From an uncultured Methanosarcinales archaeon (GTDB taxonomy: Archaea; Nanobdellota; Nanobdellia; Woesearchaeales; DSVV01), in contig CAYVNN010000004.1 in the NCBI GenBank assembly GCA_964453185.1, positions 128,706 through 192,705 on the forward strand: a stretch of DNA of 64,000 nt, read 5' to 3'. Every line of letters starts with the position of its first letter. The first letter of the stretch is position 1. This document shows, in pieces, positions 58,405 through 64,000 of this stretch. A program made the translations under genes and the position numbers. The notes under the pieces were generated by a model that searched no databases, had not been told where the DNA came from, and worked only from the letters and a program-made list of their open reading frames with translations.

Positions 58405-59552
58405 CTTATTTTTCCTTGATTTGTTTTTTTGATTATTGCTTTAACTGCTTTGTCCATTTCTTTATACACTGCAAACTTTTTTGTTTTTAACATTTTTCTA
58501 GCTATTTTTTCATTAGTACCAATGATTCTAGCTACAATAGGAATCTTGATCTTATTTTTCTTATTGTATTCTATTATTGCTTCTGCAACTTTGTCACACT
58601 TAGTTATTCCACCAAATATGTTAATTAATAATCCTTTAATTCCTTTTTTCTTTAATACTATTTCAAGTGATTTTTTCATGGCTTCTTTACTTGTCCCACC
58701 CGGCGCATCTAAGAAGTTTGCAGCTTTTCCTTTATAATAATTAATCATATCAATTGTTGACATTACAAGTCCTGCACCATTACCAATTATTCCAATATCA
58801 CCTTCTAAATCTACATAGTGTAAATCATTAAAATATGCTTTTTTCTCAAGTTCAGTCATTCTATGGATTTTACTATTAGCTAAATCCTTATGTCTATACA
58901 ATGAATTTTCATCAATTATTATTTTTGAATCTAAAGCAATTAATCCTTTATCTGTTAATGCTAATGGGTTTATTTCAACAAGTTCAGTATCATAACATAT
59001 CATGATTTTATGTAATTTTTTTATTAATTGTATTATTTCTTTTTTATGGTGTATTCTTAATAATTTTGTATCTAATTTTATTAAGTCAATAGTTGTTATT
59101 GTGTTAATATCTTTTAAGTAAATTTTTTTTATTTCAGAAGGATGGTCTTTAGATAGTTTTTCAATATCTATTCCTCCTTTTCTTGAGAATAGGATTTCTA
59201 AACATGCTTTATCTTTATTGATAGTTAATGAGAGGTAATACTCTTGTTTTATATTAGTGTATTCTTCAATTAATATTTCTTTAACTTTAAATCCTCTTAC
59301 TTCTCTTTTGAATAAATCTTTACAACATTTTTGTAGTTCTTCTTTCTTGCATATGAAAATTCCACCATATTTTTTTCTGCTTCCTACCATCACTTCTGCT
59401 TTTACTACTATTTTTTTGGTTTTGATGCTTTTTATGAATTTTTTTATTAATGGTTTGTTGAGATTAGTTAAACTATTAATAATAATTCCTTTAGGGATAT
59501 TAATTTTATATTTTTTGAATATCTCTTTTCCTTCGTATTCTTTTAATCTCAT
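58401..59552 (-). CDS. sucC: Succinyl-CoA synthetase beta subunit
   Basis: L-x-EYEGK, EINPL, GNGAGLVM, ANFLD and NIFGGI motifs. Confidence 0.95.
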   Translation of the reverse strand: MRLKEYEGKEIFKKYKINIPKGIIINSLTNLNKPLIKKFIKSIKTKKIVVKAEVMVGSRKKYGGIFICKKEELQKCCKDLFKREVRGFKVKEILIEEYTNIKQEYYLSLTINKDKACLEILFSRKGGIDIEKLSKDHPSEIKKIYLKDINTITTIDLIKLDTKLLRIHHKKEIIQLIKKLHKIMICYDTELVEINPLALTDKGLIALDSKIIIDENSLYRHKDLANSKIHRMTELEKKAYFNDLHYVDLEGDIGIIGNGAGLVMSTIDMINYYKGKAANFLDAPGGTSKEAMKKSLEIVLKKKGIKGLLINIFGGITKCDKVAEAIIEYNKKNKIKIPIVARIIGTNEKIARKMLKTKKFAVYKEMDKAVKAIIKKTNQGKIR

Positions 59553-60070
59553 TTTTCTTTCTTCTTTTTAATATAATGAGCATCGTCTCTATAGGTAAAT
59601 CCTAGTTTGATTGCATCAAAGTCTTGTTTTCTAAACTTTTTAGGTAGGTGTTCTTTTAGATGGACATGATTTATGTCAATTCCAATAATGCTTAGTAATT
59701 TTCCTAATGCAACCATATTAGTCATGTTTTTTGTTTTAAAATTTTCTAGTGATAATTTTGTGAATGGAATCTCAATTTCTGTGTCATTCTTTCCACCTAA
59801 TCCTTCATCACATACAATCCTTCTTGCAACATATTTATCTCCTTTTTCAGATAACCATAATAATATGTCTGCTTCTTCAACAATGGGATTTTTAATCTTT
59901 TTATCTGAATAGATTAACATTGCAACCATTTTTCCACCGTGGACAGCAGAGTCATAATCATAGTCAATAGAAACATTAAATCCCAATTCTACAAGCACTA
60001 TTCCTAGGATATGTGTGATAAGTTTAATTCCTTGTCCTCCAATTCCACTTATAACAATTTTCTTTATCAT
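59549..60070 (-). CDS. korC: 2-oxoacid:ferredoxin oxidoreductase gamma subunit
   Basis: GIGGQG and NMVALG motifs. Confidence 0.9.
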   Translation of the reverse strand: MIKKIVISGIGGQGIKLITHILGIVLVELGFNVSIDYDYDSAVHGGKMVAMLIYSDKKIKNPIVEEADILLWLSEKGDKYVARRIVCDEGLGGKNDTEIEIPFTKLSLENFKTKNMTNMVALGKLLSIIGIDINHVHLKEHLPKKFRKQDFDAIKLGFTYRDDAHYIKKKKEK

Positions 60071-60079
60071 TTTCTTGTT

Positions 60080-60814
60080 TTATTTTTTGTAATGGATACC
60101 TATTTCATTCTTTTTTAATCCATTATTCTTTTTTGATATTTTGTAATATTTTTTGTATGATTTTAACATTGCACTTGTATCTTTAAAACCAATTCTTCTT
60201 CCAAAGTTTGTAATGCATGGTGTGATTATATCAACAAAACTAAAACCTTTGTATTTTATTGCTTTTTTTATGCATTCTTTTAGATGATTAGGATGTGCAA
60301 CTGTTGTTCTAGCATAATAAAAGTTTTTGTTTGAACTAATTAATCCTTGGATGTTGATTGGTTCAATATCTGAGCCTTTTGGTGATGTTAATGTGAATAA
60401 ACCTTTTTTTGTTGTTGGTGATAATTGTCCACCTGTCATAGCATATACTGAATTATTACTACATATTGTTGTGATGTTTGTGTTTCTTCTTGATGTGTGA
60501 ATTAAATGGTTTGTTCCAATTCCTGCTAAATCTCCATCACCACTTATTAAAATTACATTAAGTTTTTTATTTGCTGTTTTTATGCCTTCTGCAAGTGGAA
60601 TTGCTCTTCCATGTAATCCATGTACTGTGTCCAAATCAAAATAAGCTGCAGTTCTTCCACCGCAACCAATTCCAGAAACAACAACAGTGTTGTCTTTTTT
60701 TAATTTTAATTCTTGAAGAGCTAAGTTTGTTTCACTAAGAATAACATAATTACCACAACCAACACACCATGTTGGTTTTATTTTGTTTAATCTTAGATAA
60801 TTTTCTTTTTTCAT
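60080..60814 (-). CDS. korB: 2-oxoacid:ferredoxin oxidoreductase beta subunit (TPP-binding)
   Basis: WCVGCG, SGIGC, GDGD...N and MTGGQ-x-SPT motifs. Confidence 0.94.
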   Translation of the reverse strand: MKKENYLRLNKIKPTWCVGCGNYVILSETNLALQELKLKKDNTVVVSGIGCGGRTAAYFDLDTVHGLHGRAIPLAEGIKTANKKLNVILISGDGDLAGIGTNHLIHTSRRNTNITTICSNNSVYAMTGGQLSPTTKKGLFTLTSPKGSDIEPINIQGLISSNKNFYYARTTVAHPNHLKECIKKAIKYKGFSFVDIITPCITNFGRRIGFKDTSAMLKSYKKYYKISKKNNGLKKNEIGIHYKK

Positions 60815-61836
60815 CTTACTCTTTTTATTTGTTCTTTAATGTGATGTAGTGAATAATCTCCACCAAGTAATGGGATTGAGTGAACTTTTCTTTTTAATAA
60901 TCTTTCAATTTCTTTTTTGTATTGTCCATCATTCATTTCAATAACAATTATTCTTTTGTAATTGTGTGCAATGTCTTGGATCTTTTTTATTATTGGAAAT
61001 AATCTAATTGGTCTAAATATAGAATATTGTTCTTTAAGTGAAGAAATAATTCTCCCTATTGATCCATAACCAATTAATAATGTTGAAGATTTTTTATGTT
61101 TTTTATATTGGTATTTTTTAAATTTCTTTGCAGTTGTTAAGATCTGTTTTTTTCTTTTTTCAAACATTTCTCTGTAATATTTTCTTGCTCTAGTGCAGGG
61201 GATATTGTTTTTTGATAGTAATCCTGTAAAATGTCTTCTTCCTTTACCAAATTCAATTGTTTTTTTTTCAATTAGTCTTATTTTTATCTTGTCTATATCT
61301 ATTGTTTCATATAAATGTGAGATTAATGCATCTGAAAGAAGAATAACTGGACTTTGTGAGATTTCAGAAGCATTGAATGCATCAATTGTGCAAGTATAAC
61401 ATTCTTCAACAGAAGAAGGAGCAAAGACAATAACTTGTTGATCACCATGTCTTCCATATGCTGCTTGTAATACATCTCCTTGTGAAGGTAATGTTGGCAT
61501 TCCTGTACTTGGACCAACTCTTTGTGAATTAATGATTACAATAGGAATCTTTGTCATGTATGAATATCCAATTGATTCTTGCATTAGACTAAAACCTGGA
61601 CCAGATGTTGCAGTCATAGACTTTTTCCCAGCTAAACTTGCTCCTATTATTTGATTTATTGCAGCTAGCTCATCTTCAGGTTGGATAAAATCAATCTTAT
61701 GTTTCTTTTTATTGTTTGCAATATAATGTAGAATCTCAGATGCAGGAGTTATTGGATATGATGAATAAAAGCCAAGGCCTGCTTTAATCGCACCTAAAGC
61801 AATAGCTTCATTTCCTTGTAAAAGTCTAACTACCAC
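60811..61836 (-). CDS. korA: 2-oxoacid:ferredoxin oxidoreductase alpha subunit
   Basis: GNEA, YPITP, EDE, ATSGPG and R-x-GPSTG-x-PT motifs. Confidence 0.94.
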   Translation of the reverse strand: MVVRLLQGNEAIALGAIKAGLGFYSSYPITPASEILHYIANNKKKHKIDFIQPEDELAAINQIIGASLAGKKSMTATSGPGFSLMQESIGYSYMTKIPIVIINSQRVGPSTGMPTLPSQGDVLQAAYGRHGDQQVIVFAPSSVEECYTCTIDAFNASEISQSPVILLSDALISHLYETIDIDKIKIRLIEKKTIEFGKGRRHFTGLLSKNNIPCTRARKYYREMFEKRKKQILTTAKKFKKYQYKKHKKSSTLLIGYGSIGRIISSLKEQYSIFRPIRLFPIIKKIQDIAHNYKRIIVIEMNDGQYKKEIERLLKRKVHSIPLLGGDYSLHHIKEQIKRVR

Positions 61837-61892
61837 AAATTCACCCCTTTTCTTATTTTGTTGATTTACTATAGTATATTTTTAAAGTTCTT

Positions 61893-61957
61893 ATATATAT
61901 ACTTTGCGTAGCAAATGTCTAATAATGTCGATGACTTTGGAGTCGGCATTATTTATA
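61893..61957 (-). mobile_element. Family B element
   Basis: Minus strand: ATAAATAATGCCGA-CTCCAAAGTCA-TCGACATTAT-TAG-ACATTTGC-TAC-GCAAAGT-ATATATAT. Confidence 0.8.
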
Positions 61958-62017
61958 TTTATGGGTTGGAGGCTTTTTCATTAATTTTATATATACTTAC
62001 TCTATTTGTTTAATATT

Positions 62018-63214
62018 ATGGCTGAGATTAGTCCTGAACAGAAGGAAGCATTGGAAAAACAGAAGGAACAATGTCCTTTTTGTAAGATTATTAAGGGAGA
62101 AATACCTTCTCATAAGGTATATGAGGATGATTTGATTATTGCTGTTTTAGATATAAATCCTGCTACAAAAGGTCATATTCTTGTTATGCCAAAGGAACAT
62201 TATCCAATTATGCCATTAATTCCACCTGAAACATTTGAACATTTATTTGCAAAGACAAAACATCTTTCACAGTGTTTGAAAGAAGGTATGCTTGTTTTTG
62301 GTGATACTATCTTTATTGCAAATGGTTATGCTGCTGGGCAGCAAAGTAATCATTTTATGCTTCATATTATTCCAAGAGATGAAGGAGATGGTCTAAGTAA
62401 TTTTGAATTTAAGAAAGGTGAAATTGATTCTGCGAAATTTGATGAAGCTTTTAAGATGTTGTCTCATAATTTACCAATTATGTTGAGAAATAGGTCTGGT
62501 AAATTTGCAATGCCTGGGCAGAAAGGAGCACCGCAAGCAGTTGCATATGGTAAAGATGAAATAATAAAAATAATTGAACAAAATCCACAACTTAAAAAAA
62601 TGATTCTTGATCAGCCTGATGCATTTAAACAGCAAGTATTGATGAATGATCAATTAAAGCAATTGTTTGAGAAAGTTGATGTTAATGAAATTATTAAACA
62701 CTTTAATCCTGATGCAAAGATAAGTGAAGATAAAACAGAGCAACCACCAGCTTCTGAATCTACTGTTGGTAATGCAAAGCCTAGTGTGGATGAACTTATT
62801 GTTTTATTAAATCAAAATCCTAAATTAAAAGATATGATATTGACAGATACTATCTTGTTTAAAGAAAATGTTGCAAAAGTTCCTCAAATTAATGAACTAT
62901 TTGGTCATGTTGATATTGATGAGTTAAAAAATAGATTAATTGAGGATTTAAGTAAAGAAGATCTTTTAGATGAGGATGAAAAGAAAGAGGAGAGAACTGT
63001 TAAAGATATGAGTAAAGATGAAGAAGAAGATGTTTTAGATGAATTATTTGGTAATGATTCAAGTGATGATGATAAAAAAGAAGATGATAATGAAGAAGAG
63101 AAAGATGAAGAGAAAAAAGATGATGATAGTAAAGCGGACAAACAGCAAGAAGATAAAGATGATAAAGGACATAGAGGTAATCCATCATTAGATGGGATAG
63201 CAGATTTGTTTTGA
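62018..63214 (+). CDS. HIT-family protein with a degenerate triad, helical repeats and an acidic tail
   Basis: CPFCKII, DINP-x-x-x-GH-x-LV-x-PK-x-H; the triad reads HFMLH; duplicated QNP-x-LK segment; D/E-rich C-terminus. Confidence 0.85.
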   Translation: MAEISPEQKEALEKQKEQCPFCKIIKGEIPSHKVYEDDLIIAVLDINPATKGHILVMPKEHYPIMPLIPPETFEHLFAKTKHLSQCLKEGMLVFGDTIFIANGYAAGQQSNHFMLHIIPRDEGDGLSNFEFKKGEIDSAKFDEAFKMLSHNLPIMLRNRSGKFAMPGQKGAPQAVAYGKDEIIKIIEQNPQLKKMILDQPDAFKQQVLMNDQLKQLFEKVDVNEIIKHFNPDAKISEDKTEQPPASESTVGNAKPSVDELIVLLNQNPKLKDMILTDTILFKENVAKVPQINELFGHVDIDELKNRLIEDLSKEDLLDEDEKKEERTVKDMSKDEEEDVLDELFGNDSSDDDKKEDDNEEEKDEEKKDDDSKADKQQEDKDDKGHRGNPSLDGIADLF

Positions 63215-63221
63215 TGCAACC

Positions 63222-63357
63222 CTTGTAAGACAAATCCTACTACGCTTACCAAAACCGTATACTTCGTATACGAACTTGGATAAGCTTCGTCGTACCAGTG
63301 CCATTGTTACTGCGTAACAAGGCACAAACAATGGCAACGACGGACTTGTCTATAAAG
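63222..63357. repeat. Multi-hairpin structured intergenic element (family D, single copy here)
   Basis: AGACAAATCC/GGACTTGTCT closing stem; GCTTACCAA/TTGGATAAGC; CGTATAC-TTC-GTATACG; GTGCC-A-TTGTTAC-TGC-GTAACAA-GGCAC. Confidence 0.7.
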
Positions 63358-63369
63358 TAAATGTTGAAA

Positions 63370-63903
63370 ATGGCATGTAAGATATGTGAAATAGTGGAAA
63401 AGAAGAATGTGAGTGTATTGTATGAAGATGCAGTAGCTATGGCTATATTGTTAAAAGATGAGGCAACTGCATTAGGTCATATCCAGGTTTTTCCAAAGAA
63501 ACATGTTGAATTACTTGAACAATTAGATGATGAAGTTGTTGTTCAATTGTTTTATATTGCTAGTTATGCTGCAACTGGAGTATTTGAAGGACTCGGAGCA
63601 CAAGGTACAAATATTATTCTTAATAATGGGAAGGGAAGCAATCCAAAACATAATCATGTTGTGATAAATGTTTTGCCGAGAAAAGAAGAAGATGGATTAA
63701 ATTTTCAATGGACACCAAAGCAGTTAAAAGCAGAAGATTTTGAAGAACTTAAAAAGAAGATTAAAGATAAAACTGATTTTATTGGTGTAAAGAAAGATGA
63801 TAAAAAGGCACCAATGGATATTTCCTCTCCCTCATCAGAAACAATAGGTGGAGATGATAAAGAGGAGAATTATCTGTTAAAGAGTATATATAGACTACCA
63901 TAA
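63370..63903 (+). CDS. HIT-like protein with a degenerate triad
   Basis: CKIC, GHIQVFPK-x-H and GAQGTNI motifs; the triad reads HVVIN. Confidence 0.82.
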   Translation: MACKICEIVEKKNVSVLYEDAVAMAILLKDEATALGHIQVFPKKHVELLEQLDDEVVVQLFYIASYAATGVFEGLGAQGTNIILNNGKGSNPKHNHVVINVLPRKEEDGLNFQWTPKQLKAEDFEELKKKIKDKTDFIGVKKDDKKAPMDISSPSSETIGGDDKEENYLLKSIYRLP

Positions 63904-63964
63904 GTTTTATATATTATTATTATTATTAGAAATATACTAGATTTTAATTATTGAGGTGTTATTT

Positions 63965-64000
63965 ATGGAAAAGATGTATACATTATTTATTGTTCTTGCA
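63965..64000 (+). CDS. 5' end of a probable secreted or membrane protein (runs off the window)
   Basis: GAGGTG RBS followed by MEKMYTLFIVLA. Confidence 0.5.
   Translation, partial: MEKMYTLFIVLA

Overview
An AT-rich archaeal chromosome segment. Gene content, archaeal promoters (BRE-TATA) and GAGGTG ribosome-binding sites suggest a DPANN lineage, most like Woesearchaeota; this assignment is inference. Housekeeping blocks: FBP aldolase/phosphatase with type II GAPDH; an exosome-proteasome operon (Pop5, psmA, SBDS, rrp4/41/42); Sm-rpl37e; an S-layer gene; GINS, eIF6, ScpA and Kae1; the rpoH-B''-B'-A'-A''-rpl30e-nusA-rps12-rps7 operon; a DRG GTPase; and a korABC-sucCD operon. Accessory content: Cys/Asp-rich surface proteins, glycosyltransferases and two degenerate HIT proteins. 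The main unusual signals are as follows. (1) Eight copies of an unannotated ~110-bp intergenic structured element (family A) with covarying stems and fixed-length variable segments. (2) A ~50-bp two-hairpin element (family B, 5 copies) that sits in TATA-like sites and is cleanly inserted inside one family A copy. (3) Eight tRNA genes carrying 16 bulge-helix-bulge (BHB) introns at 7 positions, including three triple-intron tRNAs, 7-8 nt anticodon micro-exons, near-identical introns in two different tRNAs, and a tRNA-Ile(UAU). (4) A LAGLIDADG gene and duplicated tRNA ends at tRNA loci. (5) A full-length bacterial-type Rel (RelA/SpoT) enzyme in an archaeon. (6) Several orphan structured RNA candidates. 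All structures were folded by eye and no searches were run.
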